Source of the DNA: an uncultured Gemmatimonas sp.
GTDB lineage: Bacteria > Gemmatimonadota > Gemmatimonadetes > Gemmatimonadales > GWC2-71-9
Direction: 5' to 3'
Assembly (NCBI GenBank): GCA_964398345.1
Contig: CAYNNS010000004.1
Location: forward strand, 1 to 29,187
DNA: 29,187 nucleotides
Made by a program: the position numbers and the translations under genes. Below, piece by piece: positions 1 through 8,422 of the stretch (positions are counted from its first letter, which is position 1; each line of letters begins with the position of its first letter). The notes beneath the pieces were generated by a model. It searched no databases and was not told the origin of the DNA. It saw nothing but the letters and a program-made list of their open reading frames with translations.

Positions 1-204
1 CGTAGGGGGGTGGCCGACGGCAGCGAGGGGCGCCTGGTGTCGGTGGATTACATCGGCAACCTGATGTCCAGCACGGTCGATGCACCGTCCACCAACGTGA
101 TCGACGGCACGCTGGTCCACGTCGCGGCCTGGTACGACAACGAGATGGGCTACTCGGCGCGCTGTCTCGACCTGTTGCGCTATCTGGGAACCCGGGACGG
201 ATGA
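1..204 (+). CDS. gap: Glyceraldehyde-3-phosphate dehydrogenase, 3' end only (gene starts upstream of window)
   Basis: The frame is open from base 1 and carries the C-terminal GAPDH motif VAAWYDNEMGYSAR. It lies directly upstream of pgk and tpiA, and its stop overlaps the pgk ATG (ATGA, 201-204). Confidence 0.93.
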   Translation, partial: RRGVADGSEGRLVSVDYIGNLMSSTVDAPSTNVIDGTLVHVAAWYDNEMGYSARCLDLLRYLGTRDG

Positions 205-1391
205 AACGCGGCCTGGCGGCGCTCCCCGCGGTCCGGCTGGATGGCCAGCGCGCGCTGGTGCGGGTCGACTTCAACGTCCCCATCAAGGACGGCGTGGTCA
301 GTGACGACACCCGCATTCGCGCCGCGCTGCCGACCATCCAGTACCTCAAGGACAAGGGCGCGCGGGTCGTCCTCCTGTCTCACCTCGGACGGCCCGCTGG
401 AGCGCCCGACCCGAAGTACTCGCTCAAGCCGGTGCTGCGACCCCTCGAGAAGCTCCTGGGGGCGCCGGTGAGCTTTCTCGACGATCCCGCCTCCGACGCC
501 GCCGTCACCTTTACCAGGCGGATGCCGCGGGGCAGCGTGGCGCTGGGTGAGAACACGCGCTTCTACGCCGGCGAGGAGCAGAATTCCACGGAGCTGGCGC
601 AGCGGTTTGCCGGGTTAGGCGATCTCTATGTCGACGACGCCTTTGGCTCGGCCCATCGGGCCCACGCCAGCACCGAGGCGGTGGCCCACCTGCTCAAGCC
701 GGCGGTCGCGGGCTTTCTGCTAGAGAAAGAGCTCAAGTACTTGGGGGCGGCGATCGAGAATCCCCAACGGCCCTTTGTGGCCGTGTTGGGGGGCGACAAG
801 GTGAGCGGCAAGATCGACCTCATCGAGAAGCTGCTTCCCAGGGTGGATGAAATCCTGATCGGCGGGGCCATGGCGTGCACCTTCTTCAAGGCGATGGGGC
901 TCGAGGTGGGGCAGTCGCTGGTGGAAGACGATCGCCTCGAGCTGGCGCGCGCGCTGATGCAGAAAGCCGGCACGAAGCTGGTCCTCCCGTCCGGTTGCGT
1001 CGTGGCTCCCGAGCTGCGCGAAGGGATCACCAGCCTCACGGTGCGGCGCGACAAAGTGCCGGCGGGCTTCGGCGTCTACGATATCGATCCACCGACCGCG
1101 GACGACTACGGCGAGCGCCTGGGACGGGCGGGGACGGCGCTCTGGAACGGCCCCATGGGGGTCTTCGAGACGCCGCCGTTCGATTCGGGTACCAAGAGCA
1201 TCGCGATGGCCCTGGCCGAGGCCACTAGCCACGGCGCCATCACCATCGTGGGCGGGGGCGATTCCGCGGCCGCTGTCGCGAAGCTCGGCGTGGCCGATCA
1301 GATCACTCACGTCTCGACCGGAGGCGGTGCGGCGCTGGAGTTTCTCGAAGGCCGGGTGCTGCCGGGCGTCGCGGCGCTCGACGAGGCCTGA
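201..1391 (+). CDS. pgk: Phosphoglycerate kinase
   Basis: Motifs RVDFNVP, LSHLGRP, DAFGSAHR, WNGPMGVFE, GGGDS and HVSTGGG; gap-pgk-tpi context. Confidence 0.98.
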   Translation: MKRGLAALPAVRLDGQRALVRVDFNVPIKDGVVSDDTRIRAALPTIQYLKDKGARVVLLSHLGRPAGAPDPKYSLKPVLRPLEKLLGAPVSFLDDPASDAAVTFTRRMPRGSVALGENTRFYAGEEQNSTELAQRFAGLGDLYVDDAFGSAHRAHASTEAVAHLLKPAVAGFLLEKELKYLGAAIENPQRPFVAVLGGDKVSGKIDLIEKLLPRVDEILIGGAMACTFFKAMGLEVGQSLVEDDRLELARALMQKAGTKLVLPSGCVVAPELREGITSLTVRRDKVPAGFGVYDIDPPTADDYGERLGRAGTALWNGPMGVFETPPFDSGTKSIAMALAEATSHGAITIVGGGDSAAAVAKLGVADQITHVSTGGGAALEFLEGRVLPGVAALDEA

Positions 1392-2140
1392 TGCGCCGGC
1401 TGCTCTTCGCCGCCAACTGGAAACTGCAGATCGGGCCGGGCGAAGCGCGGAGGTATGCGCTGGAATTCCGCAGGCACTTCACCCCCTCCGCTGATCGCGA
1501 CACCTGGTTCTTCCCGCCGGCGGTCAGCCTCGAGGCCGCGAGCGCGGCATTTCTGGGACTCCCTAACACGCAGATCGGCGCCCAGGACGTGTACTGGGAG
1601 GTCAAGGGCGCGTTCACGGGAGCGGTGTCCGCGGGCCTGGCGAAAGCGGCGGGCGCCCGCGCGGTGCTCATCGGGCATTCCGAGCGGCGCCATGTCTTCG
1701 GTGAGAGCGAGGCCGATACCGCGAAAAAGCTGCGCGCCGCGTTACGCGAGGAACTCGTGCCGGTGCTCTGCGTCGGCGAGAAGCTCGAGGAGCGCGAGGC
1801 GGGGAAGACCGAGGCCGTGGTGCGGCGGCAGCTGCTGGCCGCGATCGATGGCCTAGCTCCGGGAGAGTTGGCTTCCCTGGTGCTGGCGTATGAGCCGGTC
1901 TGGGCGATCGGAACCGGCCGCAACGCAACCCCCGCGGATGCGGCCGCGGTGCACGTGGGGCTTCGGCAGCTGCTGAGTGGAGCCGGCGCGGCGGGGTCGC
2001 GAATTCTCTACGGCGGCTCGGTGAACCAGGGCAACGTGGCGTCGCTGCTCGCCGAACCGGAGATCGAAGGGGTGCTGGTGGGCGGGGCGAGTCTCGATCC
2101 CGAAGGCTGGGCCGCGATCTGCGCGACGCCGGGCGAGTGA
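1391..2140 (+). CDS. tpiA: Triosephosphate isomerase
   Basis: Motifs ANWK, GAFTG, IGHSERR, AYEPVWAIGTG, LYGGSV and LVGGASL. TGATG overlap with pgk. Confidence 0.98.
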   Translation: MRRLLFAANWKLQIGPGEARRYALEFRRHFTPSADRDTWFFPPAVSLEAASAAFLGLPNTQIGAQDVYWEVKGAFTGAVSAGLAKAAGARAVLIGHSERRHVFGESEADTAKKLRAALREELVPVLCVGEKLEEREAGKTEAVVRRQLLAAIDGLAPGELASLVLAYEPVWAIGTGRNATPADAAAVHVGLRQLLSGAGAAGSRILYGGSVNQGNVASLLAEPEIEGVLVGGASLDPEGWAAICATPGE

Positions 2141-2203
2141 GCTGCATTTGACACTGTGACCGCTGCCAAAGCGTGATCGCAGTCCCGTGGCTAGCTTGCC
2201 ACC

Positions 2204-2539
2204 ATGCCGCCTCCCCTGACCTGTTTCATCCGCTACCAGATCGACCCCTTCCAGCGCGAGGCCTTCGCCGCATACGCCCGCAACTGGGCCGAGATCATTC
2301 CAGCCTGCGGCGGGCACCTCGTGGGATACTTCCTGCCGCACGAAGGAACCAACGACGTCGCCTGGGGGTTGATCGGCTTCGACAGCCTTGCGGCGTACGA
2401 GGCGTATCGTGAGAGGCTCAAGGGCGATCCGCGGGCGCGGGAGAATTTCGCGCAGGCGGCGACGCAGCGCTTCATCCTGCGCGAGGAGCGCAGCTTCCTC
2501 GAGGTCGAAGCGAGCACGTTCGGGGTACCGGCACGATGA
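2204..2539 (+). CDS. NIPSNAP family protein
   Basis: The 111 aa sequence [12 protein letters not shown]...[35 protein letters not shown]...[10 protein letters not shown] matches the small bacterial NIPSNAP family pattern. Confidence 0.85.
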   Translation: MPPPLTCFIRYQIDPFQREAFAAYARNWAEIIPACGGHLVGYFLPHEGTNDVAWGLIGFDSLAAYEAYRERLKGDPRARENFAQAATQRFILREERSFLEVEASTFGVPAR

Positions 2540-3192
2540 GCATCCCATCGTGTGCCGCCGCGATCGGCGAGCCGGCCCGCGCGAGGATGTTGTATGCCCT
2601 GTCGGCCAACCATGCACGCACCAGCACTTCGAGGGTGCGCATCGCGAAGGTGACGCCCTCTACAGCAAGCGCGCACCTCAAGCGACTGAAGGCCGAGGGG
2701 CTGGTGGGTGTGGCGGTCCAGGGCAGGCACCGGTACTACCGGCTGAGCGGGGCGGAGGTCGCGGGCGTGTTGGAGGCGCTGAGCGTCCTGAACGGCGACC
2801 AGCGGGAGCGGTTTGCGGTGACCACTCCCGCGCACTTGCGGGAGGCCAGGACCTGTTACGACCACATCGCGGGCGCGCTCGGCGTAGGCCTGCACGATCG
2901 CCTGGTCGCGCTGGGTTGGCTGCGCAATTACGAGCTGACGCAGAAGGGCGTCACGTCGCTTGGCTCGCTGGGAATCGACCTCGATGCGGCGCGATCTGCG
3001 AGGCGCCGCTTCGCGTTCGGCTGCATGGACTGGAGCGAGCGCCGTCCGCATCTCGGCGGGGCGCTGGGGGCGGCACTCCTGGAGCTTCACCTTCGAAGAC
3101 AATGGGTAACGCGGAACCGGAGTGACCGGGCGCTCACCGTCACGACGGCCGGCCGGCGAGCACTCCGAGTTCACCTTGGGATAGCGGTGTAG
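2536..3192 (+). CDS. ArsR/SmtB-type winged-helix transcriptional regulator (ARTCYDHxAG subfamily)
   Basis: Motifs [36 protein letters not shown] and [20 protein letters not shown] overlap with the NIPSNAP gene. Confidence 0.85.
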   Translation: MSIPSCAAAIGEPARARMLYALSANHARTSTSRVRIAKVTPSTASAHLKRLKAEGLVGVAVQGRHRYYRLSGAEVAGVLEALSVLNGDQRERFAVTTPAHLREARTCYDHIAGALGVGLHDRLVALGWLRNYELTQKGVTSLGSLGIDLDAARSARRRFAFGCMDWSERRPHLGGALGAALLELHLRRQWVTRNRSDRALTVTTAGRRALRVHLGIAV

Positions 3193-3216
3193 GGTTGTGG
3201 AGCGCATCTTCAGGCG

Positions 3217-4338
3217 ATGCTTCGCCGCATTCACAGCACCGGGCTTCTCCTGTTGGCGTTGTGCTGGTCTGCCGCGCCAGAGGTGCTGGCGCAGGACGCA
3301 GTGCATCCCGGTCCAGCTCAGGTCGTCGAGCAGTTCTTGACGGCCATGAACGCTTCACGGTGGGCAGAGGCGGGTGCGTTGCTCGAACCGGCAGGGCTCC
3401 TCCAAATTCGCCGGAATTACCTCAACGATCCGAATACCTGGGCGCTGCCTCGACCGATGACAGCCGACGATTATCTGCGCGACGATCCCGACATGCCCCG
3501 CGCAGTCGCTGAGTGGTTCGCCAGTCGTTCCGCGCGCTCGATGACGACCCGAGCCGGGCAGTCTCCTCAGGTTTCGGAATTTGGGCTGGACTCGATCACT
3601 CAGCTGCAGCGCGTCAAGCAATCCGACGTGCTAGCGTTCCTTTGGGCCAAGGCCCATGACGCTGCGTACAGGATGCGCGAGTTCCTCCTCGCAGAAGGTT
3701 GCGCCGTGCCGCCAGCCTTCGATTCGCTGTTCCGAGCGAGCACAGTGCGGGTCTACGGCTCGGTTCCGGTGGACTCCGTGACAGCGTTCGTTCTCATCGA
3801 ACCGGCAGAGTTGTCTTTCATGCATGACCCCCCGACCGTCGTTAGGGTCCGGAAGGTGGGACTTGATTGGCGGATCGTCCCTCACGAGAGCCTGCTGGGA
3901 AGGGGCGGCTTCGGGGGGATTTCGATCCAGGAGTGCCCCAACAGATCCGGGCAGGTCGCCGCGATCAAGGCGGAACTCGCGCGTTACGAGCGGTTCGTCC
4001 TCACCATGGCGCACGACAGCATCGCCGCTATGTTTACGCCCGACGGTGAGCTCCACACTCCCGGCGCGTCGAGCCCGGTCGGGCCGAAAGCGATCGCCGA
4101 ATACCTGAAGTCGTTCAGCGCCTTCCACGTGATCGCGGACAGCATGACCGCCGACTCCACGTTCGCCAGTACAACAGCCGGCCGGCAGGTCGGGAGCTAC
4201 TGGCAGCGCGTCCGGATCCCCAGAGGCGACACGGTGGAAGTCCGTGGAAGGTTCGAAGCGCGCTGGCGCAAGGTCCCGCCGGGTCAATGGAAGCTCAGCT
4301 GGCTCGGCACTGTGCCTGCAGGGGCAGGCCGCCAGTAG
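3217..4338 (+). CDS. Exported hypothetical protein with C-terminal NTF2-like (SnoaL/DUF4440-type) domain
   Basis: Signal peptide MLRRIHSTGLLLLALCWSAAPEVLA|Q. The C-terminal ~125 aa (DSIAAMFTPDG...GPKAIAEYL...GRFEARWRK...QWKL) fit an NTF2-like fold. Confidence 0.6.
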   Translation: MLRRIHSTGLLLLALCWSAAPEVLAQDAVHPGPAQVVEQFLTAMNASRWAEAGALLEPAGLLQIRRNYLNDPNTWALPRPMTADDYLRDDPDMPRAVAEWFASRSARSMTTRAGQSPQVSEFGLDSITQLQRVKQSDVLAFLWAKAHDAAYRMREFLLAEGCAVPPAFDSLFRASTVRVYGSVPVDSVTAFVLIEPAELSFMHDPPTVVRVRKVGLDWRIVPHESLLGRGGFGGISIQECPNRSGQVAAIKAELARYERFVLTMAHDSIAAMFTPDGELHTPGASSPVGPKAIAEYLKSFSAFHVIADSMTADSTFASTTAGRQVGSYWQRVRIPRGDTVEVRGRFEARWRKVPPGQWKLSWLGTVPAGAGRQ

Positions 4339-4350
4339 ATTGCAGCCGCC

Positions 4351-4632
4351 ATGAACAAGCAGATCCTCGCGCTGCTCATCCCGATCATTGCGCTGACGAT
4401 CCCGGTCGTTGCGATCCTGTCGAGTCACGCGTTTCGGATGGCCAGGCTCCGCCTGGAGCACGAGCGATTGCGCCTCCAGGTCGGCGGTCCGGATTCCGCG
4501 GAAGAAGTGCAAAGCCTCCGGAACGATGTAGAGACCATGCGAGCCGAGCTGACCGAGCTCCAGGAACGCGTCGATTTCACCGAGCGCCTGCTGGCCAGCC
4601 CGAAGGCCAAAGAGCCGGGGGCCGGCAGCTGA
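4351..4632 (+). CDS. Small membrane protein, N-terminal TM helix plus coiled coil
   Basis: Hydrophobic stretch ILALLIPIIALTIPVVAILS followed by heptad-rich VQSLRNDVETMRAELTELQERVDFTERLL. Confidence 0.7.
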   Translation: MNKQILALLIPIIALTIPVVAILSSHAFRMARLRLEHERLRLQVGGPDSAEEVQSLRNDVETMRAELTELQERVDFTERLLASPKAKEPGAGS

Positions 4633-4636
4633 GCGA

Positions 4637-4665
4637 TTGACCCAGGCGTGGCGCGCAACTAGAAT
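4637..4665 (+). promoter_or_regulatory. Sigma70-type promoter for secG(-carA), probably leaderless
   Basis: TTGACC (4637-4642), 17 bp spacer, TAGAAT (4660-4665). The secG ATG follows 7 nt later with no Shine-Dalgarno. Confidence 0.7.
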
Positions 4666-4672
4666 TCCCCAA

Positions 4673-5080
4673 ATGCTTTACAACTTTCTCCTCATACTTC
4701 TCATCATCGATGGCATCGTGCTCGCCGCCTCGGTCCTGCTCCAGGCGGGGCAGGGTGGCGGACTCGCCTCGATGGGCGGCGGCACCACCGATATGGTGAT
4801 GGGTGGCCGCCAGGCGGTGACCATCCTGCACAAGGCGAGTTGGATCACCGGCGGGCTGTTCATGTTCCTCGCGGTGGTGCTGTCGATCGTTGCCTCGCAG
4901 CGGACCGTTGGGCAGTCCGACGTTCAAAGGCAGCTCCGCCAGCAAGCCGCTCCGGTTCAGCCGCCGGCACCTCCGGCGCCTTTGCCGCTCCAGACACAGC
5001 CGGCTACCGGCAACGCCCCGGTCACTCCGGCGCCGGCTCCCGCGCCGGTTCCTCCTTCGCCGGCTCCCAAGAAGCCGTGA
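4673..5080 (+). CDS. secG: Preprotein translocase subunit SecG
   Basis: Two TM segments around [17 protein letters not shown]...ILHKASW, then a Pro-rich tail. Start placed at ATG 4673 rather than the track's TTG 4637, which is the -35 box. Confidence 0.9.
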   Translation: MLYNFLLILLIIDGIVLAASVLLQAGQGGGLASMGGGTTDMVMGGRQAVTILHKASWITGGLFMFLAVVLSIVASQRTVGQSDVQRQLRQQAAPVQPPAPPAPLPLQTQPATGNAPVTPAPAPAPVPPSPAPKKP

Positions 5081-6228
5081 GCCCAAGCGTTCCTGAGCGG
5101 GGCGAACCGGACACCGGTCGCCCCGCTTTTGTTTTGCTGGAAGACGGCGCCTGGTTTCCCGGCGTCTTGCACGAGCCCGCCGAGCCGGCCTTTGGAGAAG
5201 TGGTATTCACGACCAATCTCACCGGTTATCAGGAAACGTTTACCGACCCCAGCTACCTCGGCCAGATCGTGGTAATGACTGCGCCGATGATCGGGAACTA
5301 CGGGATCAACGGCAGCGACCTCGAATCGGAGCGGCCCCAAATCAGCGGAGTAGTTGTGCGTGAGCTGTCACGTACCGCGTCAAGCTGGCGCGCCACCGGA
5401 GGCCTGGCGGAGTGGCTGCAGCGCTTCGCGATTCCGGTGATCGAGGGCGTGGACACCCGCAAACTCACGCGCCATATCCGCTCCCAGGGCGCGATGCGGG
5501 GCATGATCGCGGAAGGTGATGCTCCCAGCCCGGCGCAACGGGACGCGCTGCTGGCCTCGCCTTCGATGGAAGGGCGCGACCTCGCCCCGGAGGGGTCGAC
5601 GCGGGGGGGCGGGGGCGAAGGGGGGCAAGGTCCCCACGTGGTGGCCTACGACTTCGGCATGAAGCGCAACATCGTCCGCATGCTCAACGAGGCGGGTTGC
5701 CGGGTGACGGTGGTGCCGAGCACCACCACCGCAGCCGAGGTCAAGGCGCTGGAACCGGACGGGTTGTTCCTGTCCAACGGACCCGGAGATCCCGCGGCAC
5801 TCACCGGCGCGATCGCCAGCGTGCGCGAACTCGCCTCGAGCGGCCTTCCGACCTTCGGGATCTGCCTGGGACACCAGGTCCTTGGACTGGCCTTCGGCGG
5901 CCGGACAGCGAAGATGCCTTATGGTCATCGTGGCGGGAACCATCCGGTGCGCGATCTCGCCAGTAGCCGGGTGCTGATCACCTCCCAGAATCACGGATTT
6001 GCCGTGGAAGGAACCCCCGAAGGCATCCCCGGCGCCCCAGATCTCGAGGTGACGCACCTCAATTTGAACGACGGAACCGTGGAAGGCCTTCGGCACAAAG
6101 CACTTCCGGTTTTTGCCGTGCAGTATCATCCCGAGGCGTCACCCGGACCGCACGATGCCCATCCGCACTTTGCCGAGTTTCTGGCTCTCATGGCCCAGAA
6201 AACCGGGTCAAAACCCGCAACCTCTTGA
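5077..6228 (+). CDS. carA: Carbamoyl-phosphate synthase small (glutaminase) subunit
   Basis: Motifs [46 protein letters not shown] (catalytic Cys), [16 protein letters not shown] and [12 protein letters not shown]. Start inferred at GTG 5077 (GTGA overlap with secG stop). Confidence 0.96.
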   Translation: MSPSVPERGEPDTGRPAFVLLEDGAWFPGVLHEPAEPAFGEVVFTTNLTGYQETFTDPSYLGQIVVMTAPMIGNYGINGSDLESERPQISGVVVRELSRTASSWRATGGLAEWLQRFAIPVIEGVDTRKLTRHIRSQGAMRGMIAEGDAPSPAQRDALLASPSMEGRDLAPEGSTRGGGGEGGQGPHVVAYDFGMKRNIVRMLNEAGCRVTVVPSTTTAAEVKALEPDGLFLSNGPGDPAALTGAIASVRELASSGLPTFGICLGHQVLGLAFGGRTAKMPYGHRGGNHPVRDLASSRVLITSQNHGFAVEGTPEGIPGAPDLEVTHLNLNDGTVEGLRHKALPVFAVQYHPEASPGPHDAHPHFAEFLALMAQKTGSKPATS

Positions 6229-6253
6229 CAGACAACAGGTAAGCTCATAGTAT
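6225..6253 (+). promoter_or_regulatory. Sigma70-type promoter for the HU/IHF gene
   Basis: TTGACA (6225-6230), 17 bp spacer, TAGTAT (6248-6253). The -35 box overlaps the carA stop. Confidence 0.75.
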
Positions 6254-6316
6254 CGGCACAAAGGAACGCCCTGCCCAAGGGCGATTGCCTGTCCCGGTTC
6301 CGCTATTGGGGGTAGC

Positions 6317-6652
6317 ATGACCAAAGCCGACCTCGTCGAGCAGGTAACCGCCGCCATGGCCCGGACTTCGGGGCCGCTTATCTCCAAGAAAGACTGTGCT
6401 CGTGTCGTGGATTCGTTCCTCGACGCGATCAAGAGCGCACTCAAAGATCAGCACAACATCGAGGTGCGAGGCTTCGGCACCTTCAAGATTCGCCGCCGGA
6501 AGACCCGCATGGCGCGCAACCCGCGCACCGGTGAGCCCGTCGAAGTCGCCGCCCGCCCGGTCCCTGTCTTCAAGCCCAGCAAAGAGTTGCGGGCGCTGGT
6601 CGCCGATGAACCGCATGAGGGACTCGACGGACCGGAAGAAGAGACGGAGTAG
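6317..6652 (+). CDS. HU/IHF family nucleoid-associated DNA-binding protein
   Basis: Motifs MTKADLVEQV, IEVRGFGTF, ARNPRTGEPV and PVFKPSKEL, plus an acidic C-terminal tail. HU and IHF cannot be told apart by eye. Confidence 0.93.
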   Translation: MTKADLVEQVTAAMARTSGPLISKKDCARVVDSFLDAIKSALKDQHNIEVRGFGTFKIRRRKTRMARNPRTGEPVEVAARPVPVFKPSKELRALVADEPHEGLDGPEEETE

Positions 6653-6663
6653 CCGCACGACAA

Positions 6664-6687
6664 CGGGCGCCTGAAGCGAGGCGCCCG
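6664..6687 (+). terminator. Candidate hairpin/terminator after the HU gene
   Basis: Perfect 9 bp stem CGGGCGCCT / AGGCGCCCG with loop GAAGCG, followed by only a weak U-rich tail (GTTATTCTCT). Confidence 0.4.
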
Positions 6688-6700
6688 GTTATTCTCTGGT

Positions 6701-6955
6701 ATGGCCGACACTCCCACTGTCCGCGTTCAGCTCTTCGCGCGCTATGCCGAGCTCTTCGGCCGCGAATACGTCGAACTATCGCCGGAGGGGATCCACACCG
6801 TCGCGGACGTCCTCGAGCGGCTGCGCGGCTTGCCAGGTGGAACGGCCCTGGGCGCGGCCACGCTCGTGGCAGTCAATCTTCGTCAGGCAAAGCCCTCTGC
6901 TCCCGTGAAGCCGAGTGACGAAATCGCGATTCTGCCGCCGCTGGCCGGCGGCTGA
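6701..6955 (+). CDS. moaD: Molybdopterin synthase sulfur carrier subunit (MoaD/ThiS family)
   Basis: 84 aa with VRVQLFARYAE, VAVN, DEIAILPPLAGG and the C-terminal di-glycine; adjacent to moaE. Confidence 0.9.
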   Translation: MADTPTVRVQLFARYAELFGREYVELSPEGIHTVADVLERLRGLPGGTALGAATLVAVNLRQAKPSAPVKPSDEIAILPPLAGG

Positions 6956-6956
6956 C

Positions 6957-7379
6957 GTGGGCTTTCTGTCAGAGACTCCCCTCGAGCTCGATGAGCTGAT
7001 CGCCGCGGTATCGGGAGCTTCTCGCGGAGGCGTCGTGACATTCCTGGGCACGGTGCGGAATCACCACGGTGGGCGCGGCGTCAGTTCGCTCGGCTATAGC
7101 GCTTACGAGCCCATGGCGGAATCGGTCTGCGCCGAGATCGTCGCTGAAGCCGAGCAGAAGTGGCCGGTCAAGATCGCCCTCAAGCATCGCCTGGGGGAGC
7201 TCCGCATCGGTGACAGCGCCGTGGCCATCGCGGTTGCGGGAGACCACCGCGACGAGGCCTTCGCCGCGTGTCGCTATGCGATCGAAGAGCTCAAGCGCCG
7301 GGTGCCGATCTGGAAGCGGGAGATGTTCGCGGACGGGAGTGTGGAGTGGGTGGGGGCGGAGGGAGTTGTCGGCCGATGA
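6957..7379 (+). CDS. moaE: Molybdopterin synthase catalytic subunit
   Basis: Motifs GGVVTFLGTVRNHH, YSAYEPMA, HRLGEL.IGD..V and ELKRRVPIWKRE. Start inferred at GTG 6957, just after the moaD stop. Confidence 0.93.
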   Translation: MGFLSETPLELDELIAAVSGASRGGVVTFLGTVRNHHGGRGVSSLGYSAYEPMAESVCAEIVAEAEQKWPVKIALKHRLGELRIGDSAVAIAVAGDHRDEAFAACRYAIEELKRRVPIWKREMFADGSVEWVGAEGVVGR

Positions 7380-8422
7380 CCGCCGGTCCGCCCGTCCGCC
7401 TGTCCGACCACCTCGGCCGTCCGCTCGGCAGCCTGCGCTTGTCGGTCACCGACCGCTGCAACATGCGCTGCGGCTACTGCATGCCGGAGGAGAATTACGT
7501 CTGGCTGCCGCGCGAGTCGTTGCTCAGCTTCGAGGAGCTGGATCGGGTCGCCGGAGTTTTCCTGCGGCTCGGAGCCACCAAGCTGCGGCTCACCGGTGGC
7601 GAACCGTTGCTGCGTCACGAGCTGCCCACGCTCATCGGCATGCTCGCGGCGCGTCCGGGGCTGGGCGATCTAGCCCTCACGACGAACGGCATTCTGCTCG
7701 CTGCCCAAGCAGAGGCGCTGCGCGCCGCGGGACTCAGGCGCGTAACGGTCAGCCTGGACACGCTCCGGCCGGAGCGCATGCTCGCGTTTGCCAGGAGCGC
7801 GCGCCACGCCGATGTCTTGCACGGCATCGAGGTGGCACAGGCGGCCGGCTTCGAGCGGATCAAGCTCAACAGCGTGATCATCCGTGGCTTCAACGACGAC
7901 GAGGTGGTCCCCCTGCTGGAGTTCGCCCGGGCCCACGACCTCGAGCTGCGCTTCATCGAGTACATGGATGTGGGTGGCGCGACGCGCTGGCGCCGCGAGG
8001 ACGTGGTGAGCCGGGCCGCGCTGCTCGAACAGGTCGCCGGGCGATTCGGCGCTCCCGAGCCGCTCACCGATCCGGCGAACCCGAGCGTGCCTGCCGAGCG
8101 GTTCGTCCTGCGCGACGGCACGGTGTTCGGGATCATCGCGTCGGTCACGGCTCCGTTCTGCGCGAGCTGTGATCGCAGCAGGGTCACCGCGGACGGTACC
8201 TGGTTCACCTGTCTCTATGCGGGCAAGGGTATCGATCTGCGCGAGCCGCTGCGGATGGGTTGCACCGACGCAGAGCTCGAACGGCTGATCACCGATACCT
8301 GGCGGCATCGCAGCGATCGGGGTGCCGAGCTACGGCTGGGATTACGGGATCGGGGGGTGCTCTACCAGGTCGAAGGGCTGCGCCAGGATCCGCATCGCGA
8401 AATGCATACCAGAGGCGGGTAG
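7376..8422 (+). CDS. moaA: GTP 3',8-cyclase (radical SAM)
   Basis: LRLSVTDRCNMRCGYCMP (CxxxCxxC), RLTGGEPLLR, RFIEYMDVG, FCASCDRSRV..DG..FTCL and C-terminal MHTRGG. Start inferred at ATG 7376 (ATGA overlap with moaE). Confidence 0.96.
   Translation: MTAGPPVRLSDHLGRPLGSLRLSVTDRCNMRCGYCMPEENYVWLPRESLLSFEELDRVAGVFLRLGATKLRLTGGEPLLRHELPTLIGMLAARPGLGDLALTTNGILLAAQAEALRAAGLRRVTVSLDTLRPERMLAFARSARHADVLHGIEVAQAAGFERIKLNSVIIRGFNDDEVVPLLEFARAHDLELRFIEYMDVGGATRWRREDVVSRAALLEQVAGRFGAPEPLTDPANPSVPAERFVLRDGTVFGIIASVTAPFCASCDRSRVTADGTWFTCLYAGKGIDLREPLRMGCTDAELERLITDTWRHRSDRGAELRLGLRDRGVLYQVEGLRQDPHREMHTRGG

Noticed and set aside
1406-1430. TpiA NWKL instead of NWKM, and Pgk YVDDAFG instead of YVNDAFG
   Set aside because: Both substitutions occur in known functional homologs, and the catalytic residues are intact.
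2148-2153. Perfect TTGACA after tpiA
   Set aside because: There is no acceptable -10 hexamer 16-18 bp downstream (GCGTGA/GTGATC), so I did not call it a promoter.
3204-3220. Short inverted repeat GCATC-N7-GATGC after the ArsR gene
   Set aside because: The 5 bp arms are expected by chance, it overlaps the next start codon, and it lies downstream rather than upstream of the ArsR unit.
5081-5140. tRNA-Leu often found after secG
   Set aside because: The region is carA coding sequence; no cloverleaf, GTTCRA T-loop or CCA end is seen here or in other intergenic gaps.
6701-8422. moaD-moaE-moaA without moaC/moeA/moeB
   Set aside because: Molybdopterin genes are commonly dispersed, so their absence from one window is uninformative.
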